Source: an uncultured Candidatus Poseidoniales archaeon (GTDB lineage Archaea > Thermoplasmatota > Poseidoniia > Poseidoniales > Thalassarchaeaceae). Taken from it: a stretch of 54,339 nt of DNA. The stretch lies in assembly GCA_964414525.1 (NCBI GenBank), contig CAYPWN010000003.1, forward strand, positions 1-54,339, in the 5' to 3' direction. Each line of letters starts with the position of its first letter. Position 1 is the first letter of the stretch. Made by a program: the position numbers and the translations under genes. The notes beneath the pieces are model-generated. The model was not told where the DNA came from. It did not search any database and saw only the letters and a list, made by a program, of their open reading frames with translations. This document shows, one piece after another, positions 1 through 11,323 of the stretch.

Positions 1-864
1 GACTCCCTCCAGTTCGACGGTGAAGGAGCTCATTCTGCTGATTGCCTCTGCGAGCTTGGATGCCCGGATGTGGTCTTCAGATAGTCGTTCTATATTGTTC
101 TCTAAAGCATAAATCCCTGCGGCAGCAAGAATCCCCGACTGCCTCATCCCCCCTCCGAAAGTCTTCCTCCACCAGTGAGACTTGGAAATGGTTTCGTGAT
201 CCCCGACCAGAACTGACCCCACTGGAGCCCCTAGGCCCTTGGACAAGCAAATGGAAATCGTATCGAAATCTCGAACCATCCTTGCAGCATCCACCCCACT
301 ACCAATCACGGCATTGAACAAACGTGCGCCATCCAAGTGAGTGCGGCAGTCGTTATCATGAGCGACTTTGCATATCTCATCCAATGTTTTTTGCTCGTAA
401 ATTGAGCCTCCCCCTACGTTGGCAGTGTTCTCAACGCATACCAATTTACAATCGGGAAAATGAGAGTTACTTCCAGCAGTTTTCCTAATCGCGTCTTGGA
501 CGCCATTGGACGTCATCTGCCCCCAGTCGCCGTCAACTAGTGAAACGGAGCATCCGGCCAGGGATGCATAAGCACCTGATTCCCACAGGTAGATGTGGCT
601 CTGGCGATGGGTGACGATCTCATCGCCGTGGTTCGTTTGCGTTTTTATTGCGACATTGTTCGACATGGTTCCAGAGGGGACGAAAATGGATGCCTCCTTT
701 CCAAGCATACCAGCGACCATGTTTTGCAGTTGAATCACTGTAGGATCGTCACCCCAAACATCGTCCCCCACTGCGGCATTTGACATCGCCTCCCTCATGG
801 GCGGAGTTGGTTGAGTTACTGTGTCACTTCTCAGGTCGACCCTGTCACTTGGGTAGTCCCTCAT
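1..864 (-). CDS. ltaE: Low-specificity L-threonine aldolase (PLP), 3' end runs off the window
   Basis: Not in the ORF track. Manual translation from ATG 864 gives MRDYPSDRVDLRSDTVTQPT..AVGDDVWGDDPTV..FVPSGTMSN..HLDGARLFNA..ICLSKGLGAPVGS..RKTFGGGMRQSG, the hallmark threonine aldolase motifs. The frame stays open to position 1. Confidence 0.93.
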   Translation of the reverse strand, partial: MRDYPSDRVDLRSDTVTQPTPPMREAMSNAAVGDDVWGDDPTVIQLQNMVAGMLGKEASIFVPSGTMSNNVAIKTQTNHGDEIVTHRQSHIYLWESGAYASLAGCSVSLVDGDWGQMTSNGVQDAIRKTAGSNSHFPDCKLVCVENTANVGGGSIYEQKTLDEICKVAHDNDCRTHLDGARLFNAVIGSGVDAARMVRDFDTISICLSKGLGAPVGSVLVGDHETISKSHWWRKTFGGGMRQSGILAAAGIYALENNIERLSEDHIRASKLAEAISRMSSFTVELEGV

Positions 865-913
865 GGGTCGACCGGGAGGAGGGATTCACATAACTGGTGC
901 TATTGTGCGCCTA

Positions 914-3900
914 TCACTTCTTCCTCAGGTCCTCTGAGTACATGTACGCCTTACCTCGTCCGCCACCACCTGATTTCTTCTTGCTTGAGATGTAAAGTAC
1001 TGCCATGGTCCCTAAGACAATGGCGGGTACCCCGTACATCAGAATAGCCATCCAGAGTGGCCTTTCCACCTTTGTGCACTCGGTCTGGCCCATCATCTCC
1101 TGCTCCTCGCCGGAAGGGCACTTTGTCTGCTCTGCAGAGCCGGCCTCTGAGACGAAGTGGCCCGAGTCTGCCGGCTGGCAGCCTATGGCCCCGGAAGCGG
1201 GTTGGAAGCTGCCGGGCTGGCATGGTACCTGTGATGTGGCCCCGGTTGAGCCGACGAAGTTTCCTGGGTCTGCGGGAATGCAGCTCTCCTGGCCCTCCGA
1301 CGGCTGGTATTTGCCAGACTTGCAGCTGGTCTGAGACGAGGCTCCCTCTTCGGGGACGTGGTGCCCTTTCATTGCTGGAGTGCACGTTTCCTGCCCTCCG
1401 TAAGGCTGGTACTCCCCCTTAGGGCAGGGGGTCTGGCTCGAGGAGCCCGATGCTGATTCGTAATTGCCTGGATCTGTGAGCTCGCATCCTGTCTGACCTG
1501 GCTGTTCCTGGAATGTCCCGGGCTCACAGGGAGTCTGCGATGCGGCTCCTGTCTCGTTAACGAAGTGGCCTGGAGAGGCGTCCATGCAGATTTCCTGGCC
1601 CTCTGGTTTGTACTTCCCAGCAGGGCACGCCGATGTCGAAGAGCCGTCTGGGCTGGCCGTCTGACCGGGTGGGGGGTCCTCGCATCCCTGGGAGCCGTTT
1701 TCCGACTGGTACTGCCCGGGTGGGCACGGAGTCTGGCCTGTAGCACCGTCGAGGTCTACGTAATTTCCAGGCTCCGCTTCGGTGCACTCTGACTGACCTG
1801 GGGCATCTGAGAAAGTCCCAGCAGGGCAGGGGGTCTGTGAGGTGGATCCGGATTCGGAGGCATAGTGCCCCGGTTCTGCCTCTAGGCAAGATATCTGGCC
1901 TGCCTGGTCTTGGTATGTTCCAGGAGCGCATGGTATCTGTTCCGTGGTTCCCTCCGCATCGGAATAGTACCCGGGATAGGTCTCCAAGCACGATTCCTCC
2001 CCCGCTATTGGTTGGAATTCTCCTGGTTGGCATGGCGACTGCGAAGTCTGCTGTAGCCCCATTGCGTAGTGGCCAGGTGAAGCGTCGGTGCAATTCGCCT
2101 GCCCGATTTGGGAGGAGTAGGTTCCAGATGGGCACTGGTCCTGAGCGGTAGAGCCCTCAGAAGCCGCATAGAACCCTGGATTGGTGTCGAAGCATGACGC
2201 CATCCCTGTAAGCATCTGATACGTTCCAGCCGGGCAAGGCGTCTGCTGATGAGCCCCGAAATCTGCCACGAAGTAGCCCGCGCTTGCAGTCAGGCATGCG
2301 GATGCTCCGGAAGACGGTTGATATGTGCCGGAAGAGCACTGAGTCTGGCGAATCGATGCCTCCCCGGATGAGTAGTTGCCCGGGGATGCATCCAAGCAAG
2401 AGCCCTGTCCGTAGTCGGGCTGGTAAGTTCCAGGAGTGCACTGCGTCTGCGAAGTGGAGGCTTGCTCTCCCACGTAGTGGCCAGGACTCGCACTAATGCA
2501 ACTGGTTTGGCCCGAGGTGGGTTGGAACGTGCCTAGGTTGCAAGGAAACTGCTCGTATGGTTCAATTCCGTCTGCGTAGTGTCCAGGGCTAGCATCTATG
2601 CACGTGTCATCAGATGCGTATGTGCCTGCGGGACAGCCGTCCGGGAAGGGGTCGAAAATGTTGACTATGCCATCGGCGTCGTTGTCTCTCTCGCTCATTA
2701 TTGCGTGTCTACCGGGGCCGAGATCGACGTAGGCCGGCACATCGCTGTCGACACCCTCCCCCAGCCCAAGCGATCCCTCTCCATGTGCTCCCCAGCAGTA
2801 TACTGACGCGTTGGTAGCTACAGCACAGGTATGGCGGGCACCCGCAGAAATCTCGGCCACACCGAGTCCGGATGGCATGGAGACGATTACAGGGGTTGTG
2901 CTGTTGTTTGTGGTTCCGTCTCCTAACTGCCCGTAATCGTTCCAACCCCAACAGGCCGCGCTACTGTCGTCGAGAATTGCGCAGGTGTGTCCTAGTCCTG
3001 CGTCTATAGAAATCGCCGTCCTGCCCGTTGGAAGTTGTGCGGCTCTAGGGTAGGTCGAGTTGTTGGTGGTGCCGTCTCCGAAAGTACCGTATTGGTTGGT
3101 CCCCCAGCAATGTACCGTGCCGTCATCGAGGATGGCGCAGGTGTGGAAGGATCCGAGATCAAGTGCTACAAGTGAGCGGTTCGTTGGGAGCACGGAGATG
3201 GGAGTGGGGGCGTTCCTGTCGTTGTAGGTCCCATCACCGAGGTTGCCGTTGAAGTTCTTCCCCCAGCACATCCCGCTACCGTTGTCGAGTACTACGCATG
3301 TTGAGTCGTAACCAGCGTTGATTGATACTGCATGCCGCCCAGTGGGGAGCTCTATTTGTGTTGGGGCGTTTCTGGCATTGTTGTCACCGGTTCCTAACTG
3401 GCCGAGCTCGTTGTTACCCCAGCACCAGACGCCCATGTCGGGTTCCGTAATGGCGCAAGTGTGATGCATCCCGGTGACAACGGTGACGAAGGTCCTGCTA
3501 CCCGCCATAACAGAGGGTCCATGTGGTTGCCAACAAGCGCCAAAGCAACTAATGTGACCGTGCCCGATCTGACCATCGCTGTCCTCCCCCCAGACGTAGA
3601 CGGTGCCGTTTGACGTGAGGGCGGGGGTGTGATGGCCGTCGGGGCTCGTCTCGACCACGTCAGTAAGGCAACAGGATTCTGAGTCGACTTGGTTGACACC
3701 GTCTGGTGTATGTGTGTTCTGGTTGTTACTGTTACCCAAGTATCCTGTCGAGCCTCTTCCCCAGCACTTCATCTCATTGTTGTCCATCACCACGCAGGTG
3801 TAGTTGTAAGCTGCCCCTATTGCAGTAAGGGAGTGTATTGAGCCAACCGTTGAGCCTGGGAAGTTGAGGCCTGAATGGGTTTCCATTGCGAGGGCCTCAT

Positions 3901-4012
3901 CTTCCAGTTCCCCTCTGTTTTCTGGTTGGAACCCAGTAGACGCTGACATTCCGAGGAATAGTAAGGTAAGCGCCAATGAAAGGGCTTTGTTGTTTGTGGG
4001 CTGGTCGCTCAT
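914..4012 (-). CDS. Secreted, C-terminally membrane-anchored protein with RCC1-like beta-propeller repeats and Cys-rich GCC2/GCC3 (ephrin-receptor-like) repeats
   Basis: N-terminal hydrophobic signal; repeated HTCA..D.G...CWG.N..GQLG.G (RCC1/BLIP-II type); one DNDADG motif; about 15 C..G.YQ...G...C..A.PG repeats; C-terminal TM helix followed by KKK. Confidence 0.85.
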   Translation of the reverse strand: MSDQPTNNKALSLALTLLFLGMSASTGFQPENRGELEDEALAMETHSGLNFPGSTVGSIHSLTAIGAAYNYTCVVMDNNEMKCWGRGSTGYLGNSNNQNTHTPDGVNQVDSESCCLTDVVETSPDGHHTPALTSNGTVYVWGEDSDGQIGHGHISCFGACWQPHGPSVMAGSRTFVTVVTGMHHTCAITEPDMGVWCWGNNELGQLGTGDNNARNAPTQIELPTGRHAVSINAGYDSTCVVLDNGSGMCWGKNFNGNLGDGTYNDRNAPTPISVLPTNRSLVALDLGSFHTCAILDDGTVHCWGTNQYGTFGDGTTNNSTYPRAAQLPTGRTAISIDAGLGHTCAILDDSSAACWGWNDYGQLGDGTTNNSTTPVIVSMPSGLGVAEISAGARHTCAVATNASVYCWGAHGEGSLGLGEGVDSDVPAYVDLGPGRHAIMSERDNDADGIVNIFDPFPDGCPAGTYASDDTCIDASPGHYADGIEPYEQFPCNLGTFQPTSGQTSCISASPGHYVGEQASTSQTQCTPGTYQPDYGQGSCLDASPGNYSSGEASIRQTQCSSGTYQPSSGASACLTASAGYFVADFGAHQQTPCPAGTYQMLTGMASCFDTNPGFYAASEGSTAQDQCPSGTYSSQIGQANCTDASPGHYAMGLQQTSQSPCQPGEFQPIAGEESCLETYPGYYSDAEGTTEQIPCAPGTYQDQAGQISCLEAEPGHYASESGSTSQTPCPAGTFSDAPGQSECTEAEPGNYVDLDGATGQTPCPPGQYQSENGSQGCEDPPPGQTASPDGSSTSACPAGKYKPEGQEICMDASPGHFVNETGAASQTPCEPGTFQEQPGQTGCELTDPGNYESASGSSSQTPCPKGEYQPYGGQETCTPAMKGHHVPEEGASSQTSCKSGKYQPSEGQESCIPADPGNFVGSTGATSQVPCQPGSFQPASGAIGCQPADSGHFVSEAGSAEQTKCPSGEEQEMMGQTECTKVERPLWMAILMYGVPAIVLGTMAVLYISSKKKSGGGGRGKAYMYSEDLRKK

Positions 4013-4116
4013 AACACTCGAGGGGGATTGTAAGTATTAACGGTTTTTCGGAAGCACACAGAGGGGTAAGTTTGCATAAAGGTCAAGCTAATTTGTGTGT
4101 AGCCTCACGGCGGGCT

Positions 4117-5388
4117 ATGCCAGAGGAAAATGCCGAGCACGTTGAGTCATTCCTATCGGACAACTGCCCCCCGATGGGGATCTACGAGACCCTGTACGCC
4201 TTCAGGGACTCTTTCGGCGGATTCATGGGGACGGAAGGCACGCATCCCTGGTCTCAGGGATTCCCCCTCACAACGCCACTCGAGAAGTTTGGAGGGCCTT
4301 CGCTGCCTGAGAGCGTCGAAGTCACGTGGGAGGATCGCTTCTATCCCAAGGCCTGGGGACATCCGGAATTACGCGATGCCATATCTGAATACTACAACTC
4401 CCAATACGGCTCCAATATCACACCCGAGAACGTCATGGTCTTCGCTGGAGGGAGGCCCGGAATATACACCGTTATGGCTTTCCTAAAAGAGAAAGTGCAG
4501 GTCAGCATAGGGAACATCGAATGGCCGGCTTACCTCGACATTATGGAGCAGACAAAGACCCAGTTCGAGATAGTCCCCTTTACCAAAGAGAACGGCTTCC
4601 ATCCTGACAACTCAGAATACTTCGACCGCTCGGCCCTAGGAGAAAATAGGTTCCTGATGCCAGTTATTTCCAACCCCCAGAACCCGTCTGGCCAGACACG
4701 CTCGGGAGATGAGCTCAGGAGGCTAATTCAGATGGCCGAGCAGCCCGGGAACGGCATACTCCTTGATGAGGCATACGAGATGTTCCATTCTCCCTCCGTA
4801 AGTGGAATAGAATACGTGAATGACCTGGACAACAGCAACGTGTTCATCGCCGGAGCCTGCACGAAGGGGCTGCAGTCTCCAGGGATCAGGATTGGGTGGA
4901 TGATCGCAAGCAAAACCAACATCGAGACGATGGCCAACTACTCTAGCTTCGGGATGGGTGGGGTGAGCCACCCCTCCCAGCACTATGCGCTCAAGCTCTT
5001 GGAGCCAAGTCGCGTAAAGAAAGCCCGGAAGGCTGTTGAGGAACACTACAACTGGCAGCGGGAGAGATACGGTAGGGCATTCGAGGAAATGGGGCTTGGG
5101 GTTTACACCGGCAACGGTGGATTCTACCACTGGCTCGAGTTGCCGGAGGGGATGTCGAGTGCAGAGCTCAACGATCGTCTCTTCAAAAGGGGTGCTGCAA
5201 TCCTATGCGCCTTTGACTGCGACATGGCGCGTCCGCATTCCAAAGACCCAAGCTACGAGACGCCGTATTCCCGTTTCTTCCGCTTTTCATTCGGTCCTTT
5301 GTTGCCAAAAACGTTTGAATCCGACATACAAATTTTCAGTGAAGTTCTCGAAGAGTACAAACTAGATGCAAACGTGCAACAAAACTGA
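4117..5388 (+). CDS. PLP-dependent aminotransferase class I/II (aspartate aminotransferase-like)
   Basis: Motifs GGRPGI, SNPQNPSG, LDEAYE, TKGLQSPGIRIGW (PLP lysine) and FRFSF. ATG 4117 preferred over TTG 4072. Confidence 0.9.
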   Translation: MPEENAEHVESFLSDNCPPMGIYETLYAFRDSFGGFMGTEGTHPWSQGFPLTTPLEKFGGPSLPESVEVTWEDRFYPKAWGHPELRDAISEYYNSQYGSNITPENVMVFAGGRPGIYTVMAFLKEKVQVSIGNIEWPAYLDIMEQTKTQFEIVPFTKENGFHPDNSEYFDRSALGENRFLMPVISNPQNPSGQTRSGDELRRLIQMAEQPGNGILLDEAYEMFHSPSVSGIEYVNDLDNSNVFIAGACTKGLQSPGIRIGWMIASKTNIETMANYSSFGMGGVSHPSQHYALKLLEPSRVKKARKAVEEHYNWQRERYGRAFEEMGLGVYTGNGGFYHWLELPEGMSSAELNDRLFKRGAAILCAFDCDMARPHSKDPSYETPYSRFFRFSFGPLLPKTFESDIQIFSEVLEEYKLDANVQQN

Positions 5389-5390
5389 AT

Positions 5391-6962
<1,572 letters not shown>

Positions 6963-6963
6963 A

Positions 6964-7488
6964 TCACTCAACGGACGAATAGAAATTGAAGCCGCTCAGA
7001 GGGGGCGTGTACACGTGCAAGTTGATCAGATTGGAGTCCTCGTCGTTTGAGACCCTGTGTATATCGGGCTCGTCTGCCGCGCAAACCTCTCCCGGCTGGT
7101 ATCTCCTTGTAGAAACTGGAGCCGCGAGACCGTCGCCGTTCGTCTGGTATACCGTCTCCGTGGAGACACCGGAAACGATCAGGAACGCGCAGTCGCTCCC
7201 GACATGGTCGTGTATCGGGGTGTCCTGTCCGGGAGTCCAGCATATAGCGACGAGCTCGTAATGCTCGTTCTTCTTGATGACGTTCCTCTGGTAACCGTCC
7301 TCGGAGTAACCAATACATTCCTCCAGAGCATCCGTGTTTATCTCTAAGCCGGATAGCCTTGAGTCCAGCTCGTCCAGACCAGGTCTCCTGTCGATTCCAT
7401 CTAGCCAGTCTACAAGGCCTCTGATACCTTGGCATTGAGAGAGCAGCTCAGTGCGTGCCTCTTCTGGAAGTGGGGCCTGAGTGACCAC
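6964..7488 (-). CDS. cdo: Cysteine dioxygenase (type I, cupin)
   Basis: YQRNVI (substrate Arg), W.PGQ.TPIHDH..S.C, IHRVSN, NLHVYTPP. Start uncertain (GTG 7488, or up to 7527). Confidence 0.88.
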   Translation of the reverse strand: MVTQAPLPEEARTELLSQCQGIRGLVDWLDGIDRRPGLDELDSRLSGLEINTDALEECIGYSEDGYQRNVIKKNEHYELVAICWTPGQDTPIHDHVGSDCAFLIVSGVSTETVYQTNGDGLAAPVSTRRYQPGEVCAADEPDIHRVSNDEDSNLINLHVYTPPLSGFNFYSSVE

Positions 7489-7563
7489 GTCTATCCCAAT
7501 CAGGACGTGCTCATGACTCTTCTGCAATATGAGCCAATTGGCCGTGGTTGGTGGAGTTCCTTG

Positions 7564-7932
7564 CTAGCTCAACAGAGGAAGGTCCCCGGTGATCTTGTCA
7601 ATTTCCTTCCTAGTGCCCGGTCCGATGCCTACAACTGTCTCTGTACCAGGGGGTATCTCAGTGTGTCCCGCATCAGCCACTAGGTGACAGACCAAACCTG
7701 CCTTCTTAGCTCTAGAATGTGCCTTCTTGAGCGAAACTAGGTCTGGGACCTTGCATACAATCTTCCTGGCCCCACGTCTGAGGTACTTGTCCAGCGTTCT
7801 GGGGCTGGTTCGCTTAGCGAGTAGGACGCACTCTACAGCCGCATGTGAGCACTGCGCGGCAAGCTTTCCCTTCGAAAGCTGCAGGTCCTGCCTAGTCACA
7901 AGGACCATCGTTAATTCGTCAGTTTGGGACAA
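7564..7932 (-). CDS. pth2: Peptidyl-tRNA hydrolase Pth2 (archaeal/eukaryal type)
   Basis: R.DL.LSKGKLAAQCSHAA, KIV.KV, V.DAGHTEI.PGT.TV.GIGP, IDKITG.L.LL. Confidence 0.96.
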   Translation of the reverse strand: MSQTDELTMVLVTRQDLQLSKGKLAAQCSHAAVECVLLAKRTSPRTLDKYLRRGARKIVCKVPDLVSLKKAHSRAKKAGLVCHLVADAGHTEIPPGTETVVGIGPGTRKEIDKITGDLPLLS

Positions 7933-8572
7933 GGTCTCTCACCGATTTTCGTGTCGGGTCCTTCCTGTGCCTAAGCATCATATCTCCAAGAGGAACGGAG
8001 ATCCAAGCTACGAATGCTACGTTGCCCGCTGCGTGGTAAAGATCGAAGACTAGCCCATTGAGAAGATAGGGTGCTAGCATAGAGGGTTCTGCATTTAGGA
8101 GGATGCTCAGGGATACAATCCAGTTGAAGGCAAAACCGGATGCAGCCGCAACTACGGCCAGTAGGTTAACCCTGAGTTCCCCGTCAACAATCAAACGATG
8201 CGCCAATGATGCTCCCACAACACCCAATGCACCCCAACCGAGTGCTTGGAAGATGGTCCATGGACCGTGTCCCAAGAACAGGACGTTTGAAGCTAGGGCA
8301 ATTGTAGCTGCGAGCGCTAAGGCTCTGGGTGCTCCGTAGTAAGCTCCAGCCATTATCACCAGTACTGTCACTGGCTGGACGTTGGGTAGTGGTTCCATGA
8401 GAATCCTTCCAGAAACTCCGAAAACAACCAGGAGAGCCATCATTGTCCACTGGCTCTGATCCCTTAGTGAACGCTCGCTCCTCATCAGCGAGACCACTAT
8501 TATGGAAAGAATTGCAGCATTGAGGAGAATGGTCTGAATCGGGGTGAGAGCAGAATTGTGGAAGTCGTACAC
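7919..8572 (-). CDS. ECF transporter S component (CbrT-like, possibly cobalamin)
   Basis: Multi-TM protein with GRI...PLPNVQPVT, ASN.FLG.GPWT.FQ..GWG and GL.FD..HA.GN motifs typical of CbrT-type S components. Confidence 0.8.
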   Translation of the reverse strand: MYDFHNSALTPIQTILLNAAILSIIVVSLMRSERSLRDQSQWTMMALLVVFGVSGRILMEPLPNVQPVTVLVIMAGAYYGAPRALALAATIALASNVLFLGHGPWTIFQALGWGALGVVGASLAHRLIVDGELRVNLLAVVAAASGFAFNWIVSLSILLNAEPSMLAPYLLNGLVFDLYHAAGNVAFVAWISVPLGDMMLRHRKDPTRKSVRDLVPN

Positions 8573-8630
8573 TCATTCACCCCAGCACGCTGGAAGGCTC
8601 ACACCACTTCATCGTTGCGAAAAACATTCG

Positions 8631-9182
8631 CTACCAAGTTCCTATGCTCCATGAGATGACGTCGCCCTCGGCCATCACTAAATCACCGATACCGACCATC
8701 GAAGTAGCGCCATTGTGGTCTAGGTTCCAGTAAGCCCCACCGAAGTCTCCTGTAATGCTGTTTGCGTTGAGGGATCCAATTGTGTGGACGAAGGGCCCCC
8801 ACTCACCGACTTCGTACCCCACAGAGAGCTTCCCCCCTGCTGCTCTGGTGGAATCCATCATGAAATCCATGCCTCCAGTGTATCCATCGAAACCTCCGAC
8901 GCAAGCCCCCGTTCGGTTGAAATCCTCGTTGACCCCCAGAGTTTCCCCGTCCTTGTCAATCATAGTCACTCCTAGAGTAAAATCCCGATGGGGGTAATCA
9001 TCAGGGAAGAAGGCGCATATGACCTGCTTATCGTCCCATTTCGTGGGAAGGCCATCGTGCGATGATTCGTTGTCATCGACGTATCTGGAGGCTTCTTGCG
9101 ACAATCTATCTTGAATTCCCGGGGCTGCAATAATTACTAGCAGCAATATCACGATTGAGGCGGGCTTGAGAAGTTCTGACAT
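8631..9182 (-). CDS. Membrane-anchored DUF4430 (transcobalamin-like C-terminal domain) protein
   Basis: N-terminal TM/signal; C-terminal WGPFVHTIG..AYW.L..NG..S.VGI....M.EGD.I.W pattern. ATG 9182 preferred. Confidence 0.75.
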   Translation of the reverse strand: MSELLKPASIVILLLVIIAAPGIQDRLSQEASRYVDDNESSHDGLPTKWDDKQVICAFFPDDYPHRDFTLGVTMIDKDGETLGVNEDFNRTGACVGGFDGYTGGMDFMMDSTRAAGGKLSVGYEVGEWGPFVHTIGSLNANSITGDFGGAYWNLDHNGATSMVGIGDLVMAEGDVISWSIGTW

Positions 9183-9248
9183 GGATTTTGAGGCGAGAAA
9201 ATAGGGTCTATCAAAGTAACTAATAATGAAAATCAAGGTTGCTAGTTA

Positions 9249-11279
9249 TTATTCATTAATTTCGCCGATTTTCTCCCTCAGAATCCGGCTAACTGCCTTT
9301 CCGTCCGCCGAGCCGCCAAGCTTCTGCATCACCTCGCCCATCAACGGCCCCATTGCCCCCAAACCTCGCTCCTTGACGAATTCCTCCCTCCCTCTGAGAA
9401 TCTCTTCCACTGCATCCTCAATGGAAGACGAGTCAGCGGGAACGAATCCCCGCGACTGCGCTTCCGATGCCATCCAATCCACAATTCTGTCGATATCTCC
9501 TTCGATTGATTCGCTAAGCAGCTCCTGTGCCCCTTCTCTGGTTATTCTGCCATTTTCTCTTAGGTATACAGACGCGGCTAGAGAGTTTGGTTTGTCTGTA
9601 CCATGCTCCAAGATGGCACTAGCCCATGCCTTGGGTACTAGATCTAGCTGGCCCCCTATCCCACTAAAGAAAAGGTCGTCAGTCTCACCGTTCAGAAGTG
9701 CCTCCACTTGGTTGGAGGACAGTCCCAGTCCCTGTAGTCTGCTCGTCCTCTCCTCTACTGTCATAGGGAGGTTCTCGCAGATTGATTCCCATCGCTCTTG
9801 GGTTATCTCCATCACTGGTACATCAGTCTCAGGGTACATCCTGGCACCTCCTGGGAGGGGCCTAAGCGATGTCGTTGTTCCATCCTCGGGTTTTCCCCTT
9901 CGAATTACGACGTTCCTGACTTCTCTTGGGATTCTGTGGTATGCGAGTCTAGCTCTGGAAACCACTGCTTCCAGAGCAAGCTCCGCCTGCCAAGAGGGCG
10001 CAACACATATGACAAAAGCGTCCGATTGAGTGAGTGAAAGTTCCACCCTAACGGATTCCACGTCTTCTTCTGAAATTCCATATGCTGGAAGTTCGTCTGA
10101 GTGGAAAATCCCAGCGACCCCTGCTAGTTTTGCAGAGCTGGAGAGTTCCCTGCCTAGTCTGGGCATCTGGGCTCCGCCTTTGTCTAGCGATCTTCGGCCG
10201 AGTCGGCCAGAGAAACCAGGTAACGCTACTGCAAGGATGGAGGAGCCGTTCTCCAGAGAAGACGCTACCATCTCGGACTCGCAGGAAGATAGGGCCTCAG
10301 TCATGTCTTGTACCTCTAAGGGTATTCTCTTTGAGGCTGCTAGAGCGACTCTGTTCTCAACTGGCAAAGAGTCCTCGGCTCTGTTTGGGGGTAGTGGGGG
10401 GAGGGAAGATTCGCTCCTTAGATCGTTCGCTAGGTGGTAGAAGTGCAGTTGACGAGACATCTCGAGTCGGATGATCCTAGGAATCCAGTCTAGGTCCTGG
10501 CACCCCTTGATCTCGACCCTGTCTCCACAGGCTATGCTCACGTTGAGGTCCTGCCTGATTGAGCCGAGGCCTCTTCGGACCCGTCTTGTGTCCCTCAGCA
10601 TCCTGCCAAGTGCTATGGCCGTCTGCTTCGCGTGCTCTGGGGATCTCACGTCTGGTGCGGTGGCTACCTCAACCAGAGGCATTCCCAGTCTGTCTAGGTT
10701 GTAAACAACGGTCTCTCCAAAGTCTGAACGTCTAGTCTCAAGCTTCCTAGCCGAATCCTCTTCCAATGATATTAGGTCAACCCCGACCGGGCTTGAGTCA
10801 ACATCTATCCTCCCCCCGGTAGCCACGATTGTGGTTCTCTGAAAGCCGCTCGTGTTGGAACCGTCTACGACGGTCTTCCTCATTGCCTGTAGGCTGGTGA
10901 TTGGTTTGGCGTCCATCATCGCGGCCATGGTCAGCACTACATCCACAGCATCGTAGTCGTGATTCCTTGGGGGTGCCTCATCGAGCTCTATTAGTCCCGC
11001 ATTTGGGGATTGCACGTACTCGAAGATACGGTTCCTCCGTTGCTCGAATCTAGCGGCAATATCCGTTATTCCCCCTTCCCCTTCTGAAGCTCTCAGTCTT
11101 CTGGTAGACTTAGGCCAGCTCGGGGGGATGTCGTCGGGCTTTAGATCGTATAATTCGCTCGGCATCCTTGAGTGTAGCTTGTCAGTTGCTAGCTGTTGGT
11201 GGATCTCGAGGCCGCACATGAACCCTAGGGCTACAGAATCAAGAGATTCTGGGTCTGAAGTATCTCCTATGGGCTCCAT
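9249..11279 (-). CDS. gatE: Glu-tRNA(Gln) amidotransferase subunit E
   Basis: GLEIHQQL, MRKTVVDGSNTSGFQRT, LEEDSAR, LDRLGMPLVEVAT, RRGLGSIRQDLNVSI, RPLPGGARMYPETD, C-terminal Yqey-like MGPLMGEVM. Confidence 0.97.
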   Translation of the reverse strand: MEPIGDTSDPESLDSVALGFMCGLEIHQQLATDKLHSRMPSELYDLKPDDIPPSWPKSTRRLRASEGEGGITDIAARFEQRRNRIFEYVQSPNAGLIELDEAPPRNHDYDAVDVVLTMAAMMDAKPITSLQAMRKTVVDGSNTSGFQRTTIVATGGRIDVDSSPVGVDLISLEEDSARKLETRRSDFGETVVYNLDRLGMPLVEVATAPDVRSPEHAKQTAIALGRMLRDTRRVRRGLGSIRQDLNVSIACGDRVEIKGCQDLDWIPRIIRLEMSRQLHFYHLANDLRSESSLPPLPPNRAEDSLPVENRVALAASKRIPLEVQDMTEALSSCESEMVASSLENGSSILAVALPGFSGRLGRRSLDKGGAQMPRLGRELSSSAKLAGVAGIFHSDELPAYGISEEDVESVRVELSLTQSDAFVICVAPSWQAELALEAVVSRARLAYHRIPREVRNVVIRRGKPEDGTTTSLRPLPGGARMYPETDVPVMEITQERWESICENLPMTVEERTSRLQGLGLSSNQVEALLNGETDDLFFSGIGGQLDLVPKAWASAILEHGTDKPNSLAASVYLRENGRITREGAQELLSESIEGDIDRIVDWMASEAQSRGFVPADSSSIEDAVEEILRGREEFVKERGLGAMGPLMGEVMQKLGGSADGKAVSRILREKIGEINE

Positions 11280-11323
11280 ATCCGGTTATCAGGAAGAGGG
11301 GCTGACTCATAGGTTCAACGGCC

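Noticed and set aside
8573..8630. Cobalamin riboswitch near the DUF4430/ECF genes
   Set aside because: The intergenic gaps are only about 60 nt and no B12-box-like sequence was recognised.
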